Below, piece by piece: positions 1 to 13,047 of a stretch of 64,000 nucleotides of DNA. The stretch is from Welwitschia mirabilis (taxonomy: Eukaryota): contig JBOZIK010000001.1 of assembly GCA_051453625.1 (NCBI GenBank), forward strand, positions 46,791,568 through 46,855,567, in the 5' to 3' direction. The notes under the pieces are model-generated. The model saw nothing but the letters and a program-made list of their open reading frames with translations, ran no database searches and was not told the DNA's origin. Positions within the stretch are counted from its first letter, which is position 1. Every line of letters starts with the position of its first letter. The translations under genes were made by a program, and so were the position numbers.

Positions 1-177
1 TCCAAAACGTGATCAATAATGTCTTACATTATTGAAATTCAAAAAAATGGTTTTTTAATGCTTTTTTTGATGCCGACCTTTTTAGCCGACTTTTTTGCTG
101 ACTAGTCTCCGACTCGACGACGCAACTCTTTTTTAGAGATTGCCGACTTTTTACTTTTGCCGACTTTTTAATCACTG
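1..177. mobile_element. Terminus of a probable hAT-like DNA transposon/MITE (runs off the window start)
   Basis: Ends ...TTTTTAATCACTG (reverse: CAGTGATTAAAAAGTCGGC), resembling CAGTG-type hAT TIRs. Several subterminal GCCGAC(T) repeats at 72-165. CpG-rich against a CpG-poor flank. The other end is not visible. Confidence 0.45.
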
Positions 178-179
178 GT

Positions 180-2751
180 TAAAACATCATAGGACCAGGG
201 CCTTACCCTACTCTATGCTTATCACAAATTTGTACCATTATTTTCGTGTACCCTTTTATCTGAAGATTGAAACCCTCTAACTCATGACACCCATTAGGCA
301 TGTAACAGTATCTCATATGCACATCTTTACCCCTTCTAAGAAGTCCTCAAAGCCACCCTCTTCAAAGCAAGTCTATCCTGATGAGACTCTTACATACCTA
401 AGACGGATTGATTCTCATATCAGACATATGAAGGAAGCACTCATAGTAATTGAGTATGACATTGTTGATACTTCAGCAGAGGTCACTAGCTCAGCATGCA
501 TAAGAGGAGATAAAGAAGAAGAGTATTTAGAAGAATATTTTTAAAGAGGAAGAGGAAGAGGAATTTAATTAGAGATTTAATTATGCTTTGCTTATATGCT
601 TTTCTTCTCTTCTTTATTATTAATATCAAAAAGGAAAAAATTAGTTGTTTGTTGTTTGTTTCTTATGCTTTTAGATGTAGTATACTCTTGATGAGCACTT
701 TTATTTTGTAATGCTTATGTTTAATAAAAATCAACATGCACTTAGTTTTATGTTTTCAATTGATATCTCAAATCTTTTTGTGTAATTCATATGAGCTTAA
801 CATTTTTCAATGATAAATATTAAAGTTTCAAATTTTATTATCCCATAAGTTCAAATGTTGCTATTTCATATTGGAAATAACCCTAAAATTATCAATGACT
901 AATGTGTTAAATGATTTATGTGATCACACTATGTTTTTCATAAATATTATGTTCTTAACTCTTCAAATGTGCACCTTAACATTGTTTTTATTTTAGCACA
1001 AAATTTAACTTATTAGAATGTCTTTAATTGATTTAAAAAGGCTTATTATTTTGCAAAGAATGATAGGCATTTTGTGAGGGGTATTTTTCTCAGTCTTAAA
1101 TATTTTTACACCTAAGTATTATTTGCTATCAATGTCAAAGGGGGATTTTGTTAGATTATGTTTTGTCAATTGATGTTAAACTAATGTTTTCTATGTAGCA
1201 AATTTTGTGTATCTTATGCAGAAGATGTTAATCACTCGCATGTTAGATGATAAAGCCATGAATGTTGAAATATGATAACTAGCAACCTATCAAGTTTACT
1301 TACCCTTTTGAGAGATCGACCGAACTTTCAAAGGGTCGATCACACTTGGAGGATACTCTAAAAAATGAACTGAATTCAGAGAGGTCGACTAGATTTTTGA
1401 TGGATTTGACTGGACTTGTGATCTTGAGAATAGTATCCCTAAACCAAATGACAAGAGGTCAACCAAAGCTTTGATGGGGATGATTGGATTTATGGATTAG
1501 AGAACAATATCCTTGAACTAATGTCAAGGGGTCGATCGGACCTATGATGGGGCCAACCAGATCTATGATCTTAAGAATAATACTTCTGAACTAATTATTA
1601 AGGGGTCAATTGGATGTTTGAAAAGGTCATTTGACTTGATCACTATGCAGCTGATATCCCTAAGCTGATCATCATGAGGTTAACCAAACACCTGAAGGGA
1701 TCAACTAAATCTGATGCAAGAAATTAGAATTTTTATCAAGACTAGTGGATGACCAGATAGAATTATGGACGATTAGATGGGAGTTGATCGGATCTTAAGG
1801 GGTTGATCTGTAAGAAACTGGGTAATCAAAAACTTCACTTAGGTAACTTATGTAAGTCATGGCATCAGATGCAGTTGACCGAACTTTTGAGGAGTCAACT
1901 AGTTGGAATGAAATTAAAATCTTCTATTCATTTTATATCCATTATATATCCATTAGATAGTCATTTTATAGTTGTTTATAGCTATTGGAAGTGCATTTTA
2001 AATGTAAGAAATCCTAAAAGCCTTCTAATATAAATAGTCAAGAGAGAAAAGACAAAAGAAGCTTTTTTAGAATTTTTAAACCGTTGATTAAAGGACTGAA
2101 TATTGTAATATTTATTATAGCATTTTGGCTTTGTACTCTTGACCAAGGAAGATCTATCATTTGTATTATTTGTACATTCAAGGTCAAATCTAGTGCTTTA
2201 TTTATTATATTATTTATAGGAGGTGAGTTTCATCAAAACTATTGTACTGATAAACAAGTGATATCTGTGCATCTTGGCATATTTCATTACTATCTTACTT
2301 TGTGAAAGGTTGAAACTTAACCTACAAAAGTCCTTTTAAAGGTTGAGACTAAGCTTGAAAAAGTCCATTTAAAGGTTAAAACTAAGCCTAGAAAGTCCAC
2401 TTAAAGGTTGAGACTAAGCCTAAAAAATTCCATTTGTAAAGGTTACAGGTGAATCTGCAATACCTGGAGGAGTAATGAAGATCTAGATTAAGCTTGATGA
2501 TAAGCTGATCATTGAGAGTGAAGTAGGAGGTTTCCTAAACTACTATAAATTCTATGTGAATCTATTCGGTATTTTATGCTTTTAGTTAATTTTATTACTT
2601 TGAATACTTTTAGCTTTTCTTTGCATGCATGAATTTATTAGTGAATGATTTTTAGCAATTTTTGGGTATATCATAAGTTTACTTAGTTTATTTTATTTAA
2701 TTTTTTAAAAGAACCTATTCACCGCCCCCTTTAGTGTTCTCAATCCTATCA
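180..2751 (+). mobile_element. 3' part of a Sirevirus (SIRE copia): decayed internal 3' region, PPT and 3' LTR (1149-2751)
   Basis: PPT AAAGGGGGA directly before TGTTAG (1149). LTR end CCTATTCACCGCCCCCTTTAG...CCTATCA (2751) is the C-rich Sirevirus terminal motif. Repeated GGTCGACC-like motifs at 1310-1800. ORF 284-544 may be the tail of an env-like ORF. Confidence 0.7.
2305..2444. repeat. ~33-bp tandem repeat, 4 copies plus a partial, inside the LTR
   Basis: AAAGGTTGAGACTAAGCCTAGAAAAGTCCATTT-like units, head to tail. Confidence 0.85.
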
Positions 2752-3179
2752 ATAGCTTCTTTAGTGATATAGATCATGAGGATAACCTTTGTTAAGGTTG
2801 ACTTTATTAGTTTAGGTGCATCCTACTTCCTTTTCTAGTTTAACATTGCATTGATTTCATATTTTGTACAGCGCACTTGATAGCTTTGGTTGGTCTTAAT
2901 TTGGTAATGGCAGTTCGTAATTGATTTAGATTATATAAGGCCGATATTTGTGACACATTGATTTAGTAATCAAATGGAAGTTGCACTTAGTTTAGACTTG
3001 CATTTGATTTGCATAAGTATGTTTGCATTGTTATTTTTGCATTGTTATTTATTTCTACTCTAATTAATATGTAGTATTTCATTCTTGAAATTAATTTTCT
3101 TTCTTCTTATCTACGCCTTCAATGAGAATATGATATTTGGACCATTCCCATCTATATAAGTGTATTGTGTTGTGCAAAA

Positions 3180-3667
3180 TATATATTTGTTTCTAAATGA
3201 CAAGATCTGCTTAAGAATGTGACGTTTGCATAAATAAGCACTACAACAATAATCCAAAATTCCATTCATACCACGGAATAAGCCACCATCATCTTAAACT
3301 GTATCACCAATCTCTCTTAAAATGGCTATGTTTCATAAGACACATAGACCACCCATCTCGCCCACCATATTATGAGTTCATGAGACTTTTTGATCTTAGA
3401 TAATGACCTTTTCACATCAACAAGAATAAGAGATATTTGTCATTTTATGGTTTTGTTGAGATTAGGTAGATTCTTACTTTTTTAAAGTAAGCCATCTTTA
3501 CATTTGAGCTCTTTTATTAAGACTTGCATTTATTTAATATATCTAGTTTGGAATCATAAAAAGAAAAGTAAGTTTTCTACTTTCATAATGTGTTTTTTAT
3601 TTAAGAACTTATGGGGATAAGATCATTCCTTGATTAGGATAATAAGATAATTACCGCTCTGATACTA
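3180..3667 (-). mobile_element. Decayed copia 5' internal fragment with tRNA-iMet PBS
   Basis: GCTCTGATACTA at ~3656-3667 is the reverse of a TGGTATCAGAGC-type PBS. Only faint gag-like traces follow. Confidence 0.35.
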
Positions 3668-5949
3668 AAATCAAAAGAAAAATAAAATCTCTTCTCTAAA
3701 AGCACATTTTTTTAATCAATTTTATTAAGTTTAGTTAACTACACCAGGGCTATGGATGCTCATTAGTAATGCAGCTTTAATAATTCATTATCATATGTTC
3801 AACTGCATCATGACTATAGATGCTTGCTAGTAGTGCAGCTCTGACTTTTTCATGTACAACATGATTAACTCTATTGGAAGAAGGTGTCAAATACTACATG
3901 CACAATATGATCAAATGCTTGAAAGATATTACTTATGATTGTAGAAGGGTATAATTGGAAAGAACTTAAGATGGCATTAAAAACTTTTTATGAATTACTT
4001 ATTTTAACATTTTTTACTCTAAGATAGTTTTACTACTTTTGGTTTATATGAATTTACTTTATTAATGCCTTGTTGTGTTCTAACTTAGATCCATAATTAA
4101 ATAAGCTTTTTCTACACTATTACTTTAGTTTCATAGTCTCTTTTATTTATAGCATACATAGTAGAATGTCAATTGCATTTTTCATCTCATTTCCATTTAT
4201 TTCACCATCCCATACCACATTCATTCATCCTTCCGTATGTATGAAAAAGCATACCTAAGGGCACATATGTGTTTATTTTGATAAGTATTTCTTCTTCCAT
4301 TTTCCATCTCATCTTGATACTTCCTTCATCATTTTTCACCCTTTTCTTCCTTTTAACTCTTCATATTTTCTTTCTCCTTTTGTCTTTTATCGATAAAAGT
4401 CATTTGTGAAGCCTCATCAATTAGTCATTTCTCATAAGGATTTCATTCCACTTCATGCATCTATTTGCATTTTCCTTTTTTCCCCTCTTTTATGCATTAT
4501 GATTTAGTTTTACATTGTTTTCATTCCTTTTTTTCCCCCCAATTTCTTAGTTATAATAAGCCTTTTTCTTCTAATGATTTGTTAATTTATCTTCAAAACT
4601 CTGTATTCATTTTTCTATCTTTTCAAACTTTGATTAAAAGTTCAAATTTGGATGGGAGATATGGCATTCACAATTTTTTTAAAATTTGGTCAAAGTTTTT
4701 ATCATTTTTACATAGTGCTTAAATATTTTTGCTTAGAAACTTTTCAAGGTTATTCATTCTTTATTAACTTTTTTCTAGGGAACTAGCAAATGTTTGGTTG
4801 GAAGGTCTGTTAACAAGTAAAAATTGATACTATATCAAGTATTTTAGGCTAATTTATGATAGTAGAGATATTAAATTATCATTTTAATCATAAAAATATG
4901 TTTTATACTTCATCTGATGCCATACTTGATTTTATGCCTTTTTCTATGACTTTTTTAGGTTTATAATTACATATTAGAGAACATTCTAAAAGAAGGAGCT
5001 AAGTAGGTATAAAACAATGGCAGCACCGATTACATGTATGATGGCATTATTTATCTAAAGAATCTTGTTACTAGACTTACATTTTAAATTCATCATGAAA
5101 AAATAATTAATTATCGGTTATGGATCCAGTTATTACTACATTAGAATATGCTACTATACATTATCATAAAATAATTAATTTTATTGTAATAACACTAACT
5201 AGGAGACCTAAATGTCTAAATCCTAATCCTAGATTTTTCTATAAAAAAGGTTAAGCATCTAATTTAGGATAATGAGGGGTAGAGAATGACATTTAGTCTC
5301 TGAGGAATAACACTTCTAACACGTCTTTCTAGTTTCCCTCCTTTGGGAATTAACTAGACTTAAGGCTAGCTTAATGTTTCTTTGTCAAGTTTGAGTTATT
5401 ATTCATTGATGTACTCTAGCTTCATTTTTATAATAAAATAGCACTTCACATTGTTGATTTTATGTGTGATTCATTTCATACATTTAATGCTTTTTGATAT
5501 AAAGATATACTATTGCTGAGTTATTTATGTTTCTGAGTTAATTCTTCTTGTTTACATTTTCTTTGCATAGTCGGATTTTGTTGATGGTTTTTGATGTTTA
5601 TTTTCCTACTTATTACACTTATGAATAAGTTATGATTAATGAGTAATAGAAGAATCTAACCAACATGCATGTGTTAAATGTGATAATATCATTCCAATTT
5701 AAGTCATAATAAACTCGGCATGTCAAGAATCTAAGGAGGAACTTGCTTTAAATATCTAAATGAATTTCTCTTATTTGTTAAAATATTTAAGCTTATTGTC
5801 CATTGATTTCTTCTTTTAATATTATCAATTTAAATTTTGCTTTAATCTTTCTCTTACAAGTTTAGAATTGTGCATTGTTTTACTATATTATCACAATTAT
5901 TCTTGAGGACATAATGATACTATGTTCTTTCTACATTTAGAGACATAGT

Positions 5950-7300
5950 TTTCATTTGTAAAAGCTTAACCTAAAACAACATTTTCAAAAGAATTCCAAG
6001 GAAATATAGCACCTAGATCAATATATTTCTATTCTCAAAATAAAAAGTTATCTTGATCAATTCTTACCTTTAATAAAAAGTTGTCTTAATCAATTCTTAT
6101 CTTACTCTTTCAATCATATAGAATCTATTATCATTCCTTTCCTATAGGTTCATCATCAAGAAAATTAATAGAATTATCAAATAATTTATATGTTTAGGGG
6201 AAAAGGACAGGAGTAGGAGTTCCTTGCGTAAATGGGACTCCAGTATCAGTCCAAAAGCATTATAAGGATGAGCTATACAAAGACTAGAACATTATTTATT
6301 AATAAGTCCTCATCAAATCATCAGGAGGCTATAAGAAGGGGAGCTCTCATAAAGTGAAATGATCAAATACAAGCTATGGAACAAGAAGGGAGGTGAATCA
6401 CACTTAAGGAGGCACTTATTTTAGATACACTAAGAGATTTACAACTTAAAAATTATATGAGAATACATGGTAAAAATTATATTAATAAAAAAATATGTAA
6501 GCTACAAGGGGTAGAGAAATTTTTAAAAGGGTTGATTCCTGACAAAATCAAGATCTTCTTTTGATTGAAATAGTATAATAGGATTCTAACTAGAGATAAC
6601 TTAATAAAAAGAGGGATTTTAGTCCCTTCTAACTGACTTTGTCAATCTATGTCAAAGTTTATCAAACACTTGTGTAATAAGTATACTTAGATTAGATGCC
6701 TCACTGCCATAATAACAAGTTATTACAAAGTAAAAGGGGAGTATGGTCTTTGGCAAAAGTGAGATTGGACATAACCTGATGATAAATATGGAGGATTGAA
6801 ATCATATAATATTTAATAATGCATTCCTATTCCTTCTAGTATATTTAGTTAGAAACCTAAAATGTCATTTGTTTAGAATTAGATTAGTAATGGGAGTGAT
6901 TTCTTTATAAGAGTCGAAGAGTCAAGATCTCTATGAGGAATGCCCAAAGTGATGGATCAAGGTGTAAGAGATGGAATGGGAAACACTTCTTTATAACCTA
7001 AATAAAGAGCCAGTGGTGGACATTGTCAATTTCCATAAAAAAATGAAAGGGTGATTTCACCAAGTTCAAAAGAACATAAATAAAGCTAATAAAAGAAGCC
7101 TTATCTAGGTACTTAGAGGTTCTAGCTGAAGGGGAGAATGTTTCCCTAGAGATCAATAGGAAGAGGAAAGCCCATCATTTCTTCCTAGATGGCATTCTAA
7201 AGAAACCTATCAGTCATATCTATCAAAAATGCCTTTCACCCATTAGGGAGTGAAGACAGAATTGGTGAATAGATACTTTGTTTTATTAAACTATAGTTAA
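5950..7300 (+). pseudogene. Degenerate L1 LINE ORF2 3' fragment (zf-RVT region)
   Basis: 6538-6675 translates PDKIKIFF*LK*YNRILTRDNLIKRGILVPSN*LCQ...HL, matching the plant L1 zf-RVT motif. Boundaries approximate. Confidence 0.55.
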
Positions 7301-8269
7301 AAATTAATAGGAATTCAATTTTTCTTTTTTAAGGCTTTATATTTAAGATAGAAAATTAATGTCCTCCATTATTTCCTCTAAGTGCTTAGAAAAAAAGACA
7401 AATCTAGATACTTAAGTCTTATCATGGTTGTTTACAGGATAGCCAAGGTAATTCAAAAGATCCTATGAATCCTCTCACTAAAGGAGCAAAGAGTAAAAGA
7501 AACTCTTCCTCCAAATAAGAAATAGAAGAAATCATTAAAAAAGTAGTAAAGCGATGCAGACTAAGTTGGGACTAGTGGGTCAGGTTTGACATCATCCCTT
7601 AAGAAGCAGGTAAGGGTGGTCATACTCTTGATCCCTATAGGAAGGCAAGGTCTTAGTTTGAGCCCAAAAACAGGGAAGATATGAAGAAGGAGCAATATAA
7701 AAAACAGGAAGGGAAAAAAAAGTGCAGTAAGATCAAGGTGAAACTTAGCTAGGCCTAGGCCAATAAACTAAAATAAAGAAACTAAACTTAGAGAAGAGGA
7801 CAAGATTAGTTCACTTTATGACTATTAAAGAAATATATAAGTGCCCTTTTCTTATGTTAGGACCTAGCCATAGAACCCCTTAAATGCCATGAAAATGATT
7901 TACAGGAGAAACACTCTTAAACTCCACCCTAATAAGAATCCCAAAGGAGCTGAATCTTTTTGAAAAATGAACCAAGCCTTTGAGATCTTTTTAAATGAGC
8001 TTGAAATAAAATTAGTCTAGAAACATTGCTAGGATCTATTCTTAGGGTATAAGAGATTTTTTTCATTTTCTTAGTATTTCTCGTTTTAATAGTGTAGGTC
8101 GTGATTTTACCTGATGTTATATAATCCTTCATAGATTACAAATTTTCTTTTTTATGTTTATAGTGTTAATAATTTAGTTTCTTTAAAGGGGGACAACTTC
8201 CACCAAGTTCTATAAAATAATTTTTTTTATAAATTAATAGAATTTTTAAGTTGATCTTTGGTTTAAAAA

Positions 8270-8900
8270 AATACAACTAAATCTTAAACTACTAAGAGGT
8301 TTTCTAAGATATGTTGGGTACCACTGGTGATTGATTAAGGAGTTTTTTGAAGGTTATAAATCCCTTGTATGAATTTCTAAAAAAAGATAACCCTTTTATA
8401 TAAAATGAATTATTTGAGATGTCTTTTAAGATTATAAAAGAAAATGTCATTACTACACCTATTATTAGTGAACCAAATTGGCATTACTCTTTAAACCTCA
8501 TGTGGAAGGCTAGTAACACTACAATTGGTGGAATCCCAGGATAATACATTAATCATAACTTAAAATTTCATTTACTAGATTTCCAAAACCCTTAACTTAG
8601 TCTAATAAAATTATATAATAACCTAAAAGAAATTATTAGCAAATTTTACAACACTAAATAAGTTTAGATATTACCTAAAAAGTCTCAACACTTAAGTTTA
8701 CATGATTCATTTAGCTATCAAGTTCTTAACATCTAAGTAGATTGATAATGTTAATATTATACATTGACATCTACTGATGCAAGAATTTGATTTAGATATG
8801 TGAGATAAGCAAGGTTATAAAAAACTAGTAGCAGACCATCTCTCTTATTTGAAAATATCCCAAACATTTGAAATTAAAGATGCCTTTGATGATAGGTTTC
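8270..8900 (+). pseudogene. Ty3/gypsy (Athila-like) RT/RNase H fragment
   Basis: Translates LRGFLRYVGYHW*LIKEF..PLYEFLKKD...TTPIISEPNW...LMWKAS...LLMQEFDLDM*DKQGYKKLVADHLS. Confidence 0.8.
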
Positions 8901-10599
8901 TTAATAAGAGAAAATTATTTGATAACATAATAGAAATATAAATAGTTTATTATTTTTAAAATAAATGGAGAACACCCCAAATATGAGCTATCAGATAGGT
9001 CTAAGTTTATAGAAAACAAGGATCTATGAAGAAGAATCTTGGAGATAGGGTGGAAACCCCTTCTAGATTTGAAAGAAGAGCTAAACTTTTTCTCGAAGTA
9101 TGGATTTATTAATGAAAATATTGTCCTAGAAACATGCAAGAATTCTATCTATATCTAATTTATGACACAAAAAATAAGATTACTAGAAAAATTTAATTTT
9201 GTTTTATTAATGTTTAAAGAGTACAATCATGTTAATGATTTTTTTTTGAAGAACACATCCAGAATGGTAAAAGAATTCATCAAAAAAAATCTAAACTACA
9301 ACTAACTTAGGACATTACAATATAGTTTGTGAATAGATACCTAATCCAAGATAGTAACCATTCAAAGCTGAAGGATCTTTACTTTAATGTTATTCTTATA
9401 CTTAAAGAAATAAGAAGGTTAATCTTGCCCCACTTCTTCACCTAGAAATTATTAGATAAGAAAGATGTGGGTTTAATTAAAAAGCTGCTCAATTTTTTAT
9501 AATTCAATAAGCCTAGGATTATGGCCTCTAATGTTCAAGCTAATGTAGATAAAAATGAAAATATGGCTTTCCCCACTAAGGGAAAAGACCCTTTCAGTAC
9601 TACTTAAAAAATAAAAATAAGTCATAAACCTCATAAAGTAAGTAGATGGGGGATCTAGTAGCTAGGGAAAGCTAGAAGAGAAGAAATGAAAAAAATATTA
9701 GAGTCGGCAAATAGAGATGGGAGGGAATCATCAAGATTTAGTAAGTAAATAGTTCCTCCATGTAGTATTATAAGAGGATTCAAATTAAGGCACATAGTAG
9801 GAATAAAAGGATCAACCAGATCAAGTTTTGAAGCAGCCCTACCAAGATTCAACTTCATGAAGATGAGAATAATGCTAAATAGAAAGATAAAGAACCAGAA
9901 ATAAAAACATTTTCTTCTGGATGAGAGAGCAGTGATTATGTTTTTTAGTTAAATAGATAGTAGGAAAAACCAACGTTAAAAGAGAAATCAAAATATGATA
10001 GTTAATTAAAGAGTAAAAGAAACATTATAATGTTTTGGAACTTTAACCAAGATCCTCCTAAGATTAGATCATTAAGGATCACAAAACATTAGTGCTACTA
10101 TAGCATCTAGACAAAAATAGAAACAAGGCTGAGGATGCACTAGAAAAGATCATAAATATAAATAATGTGAAGGACATGCTTACCAACAAAAGCAAGGATC
10201 ATCTACCACCTTACATGTAGGGAAAGGCTTATTTAGAAATATGGCAAATGGTACTAGCCATATTTTATGTCGTTATCCAAGTTTTGAAGTTGAACCTTTT
10301 GGTGGATCTCATGGTCTTTTATTTAAGTAGCTTATAGTTTATTATCATGGGGAATATCTCCTCTTCATGTTCAAATTATTATAGTAGATGTAAATTTTTA
10401 TAAGTTAATGTAGAATGGGGGGATGTTACCCCACTTATAACCACTTAATGTATTTTGTATATAGTGTTATTACTTTTAAAATTTTAATGGAAATATGACC
10501 TTTTATAAGATCAACTACAAAAATAAGATATCTTATGTAGATCAAATCTAGTATGAATGAAGAATAGGATAGATAAACATTACTATTATGAATAAAAAC

Positions 10600-12160
10600 A
10601 TAGTTCACTCCAAAATTCCATACAAATTCAAATATGAAAGAAAAAATGAAAGCTTAATGACTTATTCCTTAAAGGGTTTATGCCTAGAAAAGTAATCTTA
10701 AAAACTTATAACTACTTTTAAAATTTATCATTTATTTCCAATCTTTGAGAGTTTATATTAATAACTCTTTACATTATAAGATAAACTTATATTTTTCTTT
10801 CTAAACATGATAGGAAAAAAATCAAAAGGAGTATATTCTAGACTTTATGTTATCATAATTTTTCTATGATTTTCTAATAGCTATTGTGATCTTATCATTA
10901 ATCTGTATCATTGCTTCTATACTTTGAAATCACTATTTGAGTGTATTTATCTTATTATCATGAAGAAACATATGCTTCTAACTCTTCTCTTAATAATACC
11001 ATCATAAGTTGCATTAATAATTATAACTCATATTATGTAAATAAGATTTGGTAGGTAGTTTATCATAATGAATCTTAAATAAAATATCTACTACTTGGTA
11101 TGAATACAATATATTCTATAAGCTAAGTTTATCATCTTTTTAACCCTTATTTCTAAGTAACCTATCACCTTTTTAAATGTTGTAGACATCATGGTTATTT
11201 CACTTTAAATTACCATGTTCATAAATATATGGCTGTAAAACTAATATTTAATTTTTCCAAAATCTTCATAAATAGTAAGGCATCGATAATCCGTTAGACT
11301 TGTGCAAATAATACATTTCCATATAAGTATTTACATTTCATATGGTAAATTCAAGACTTATTCTTCATGTAAAGATGTCAAAGTAATTTATCAATTCAAG
11401 CAATATTCATGGATAAAATATCTTTTAATCTAAAATCTTCTATCTATTTACTAATACAAATATTTTATTAATTAATAGAATGTATAGTACTATAATAGAC
11501 TAAAATAAAGTTCTCACCATATTCTTAATTGCTATAATAACTAATTTAGTAGTCTTTAGTATGAACATCAAATGGAAGTACTAATTAAAAGTAAGATTTC
11601 ATGAGATAAAATCTTCTACTTTAAGATAGTAATCTAGCCTTAACTACAAGTCACTAATGAATCTTCTCTATAACTTTAATCCATAGGTATTTATTCACTC
11701 TTTTAATAAGAAGAGGCATACTTAAGTACTTGGTAGGAAAAGAGTTAATATCATAGTAAAAAATATAACTAAAATTATGGGACTCCTCTTTAAAAAGATT
11801 ACATTAAGACCTTCTACTCCTATTTGGATTTATCATTTTAAATTTTAAGAAAATTTGTGAAGACTTTCCTTAATAATCATAATAGAATCATGTTACACAT
11901 TACTAGATAATAAAGTATCATAAAAAAACTAAGTATGAGCAAAATTTTGACACCATAAGTAAGAGTAAATACTCTAGTAAGCCCTTCATTTTTTAACTTC
12001 TTAAGTATAGTTATAAAACTTTTCATGGCTATAATATAAAGTTATAAACATCATATCCTTTTGACATAACCCAAATTAACCTCTTTAGAAGTACTTTAAA
12101 ACCTTGTGAGTAGGATTACAACAGATATAATATCTAGTCTTGTAGTGTTTGCATAGAAAA
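10600..12160 (-). pseudogene. Possible highly eroded non-LTR RT relic
   Basis: Only scattered weak motif traces in plausible order (RLDII, YYSTI, KITFLGI). Spacing is not fully canonical. Confidence 0.25.
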
Positions 12161-12559
12161 TTTTTATTTTTTAATTTGTAAGAATTATTACTAATAATCT
12201 TGTCATTGTCATCTTTATCCATTATCATTCTTAATCATAAAAGAGTACTATACTATTTAGCATTTTTTAGATTGAGTTTTTCATTCATTTCTTTAATATA
12301 TTTTTTGTGTTTAATGCATATTATTTTTAGTTTCCTAATTTGTAATTTGAGATAGAGACGTACATGTTTTATTATTTATATTTCAAAATTTTAACTCAAT
12401 GATTTGACAAAATCTTATATCATCTTATCATTATTGGTTTTAAATAATATATTCATAGCATAAATTTATGAAAATAAATTATCTTTTTTCTTTTATTTTA
12501 ATATACAAAGTTGTACATATAGTTTCTTAAAAAGTTCCAATATTTCATAGAAAATTATT

Positions 12560-12950
12560 TAACCTTTCATACTAAGCTCTTTGATTTGTTTAAATTTGTA
12601 TAAATATTTATTTAACCTATTAAAATGATCCTTACTTTTCATGTATCTTTTGAATTCACATTAAAATTAGTTTAATGAATAGAAAAAATACTCCTTTCCA
12701 TTGATCTTAAAAATAGAGGATTATTCAAATATGCTTACTTCTTAAAAGTACCATACAAAAAGGTACTTCTCACATCTATAGGCATGAGTTAAATATCAAA
12801 TTATGGACATAAAGCTAATAAAATTCTTATTGATTCAATAGGAACATATGTTTTAGTATAATTAATTCCTTCTTTATGTGTAAATATTTTTGCTGTTATT
12901 CTCACTTTGTTTGTACAAATACCACCTAGATCATTTAGCTTATTTGAATA
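12560..12950 (-). pseudogene. Ty1/copia RT fragment
   Basis: Minus strand reads TYVPIESIRILLAL...PIDVRSTFLYG...AYLNNP, against the consensus ESIRILLA...QMDVKSAFLNG...YV.QP. Confidence 0.7.
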
Positions 12951-13047
12951 GATCAACTTTGTTATGATTATATTTACCTAATCTAGTCTTAGAATAAAGT
13001 TCCATGTATAATTTTTCTATATTTTTTCTAACTCTAACTTCTAAATG

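Noticed and set aside
2305..2444. CRISPR-like array
   Set aside because: Units are contiguous with no unique spacers, lie inside a plant LTR, and have no cas genes nearby.
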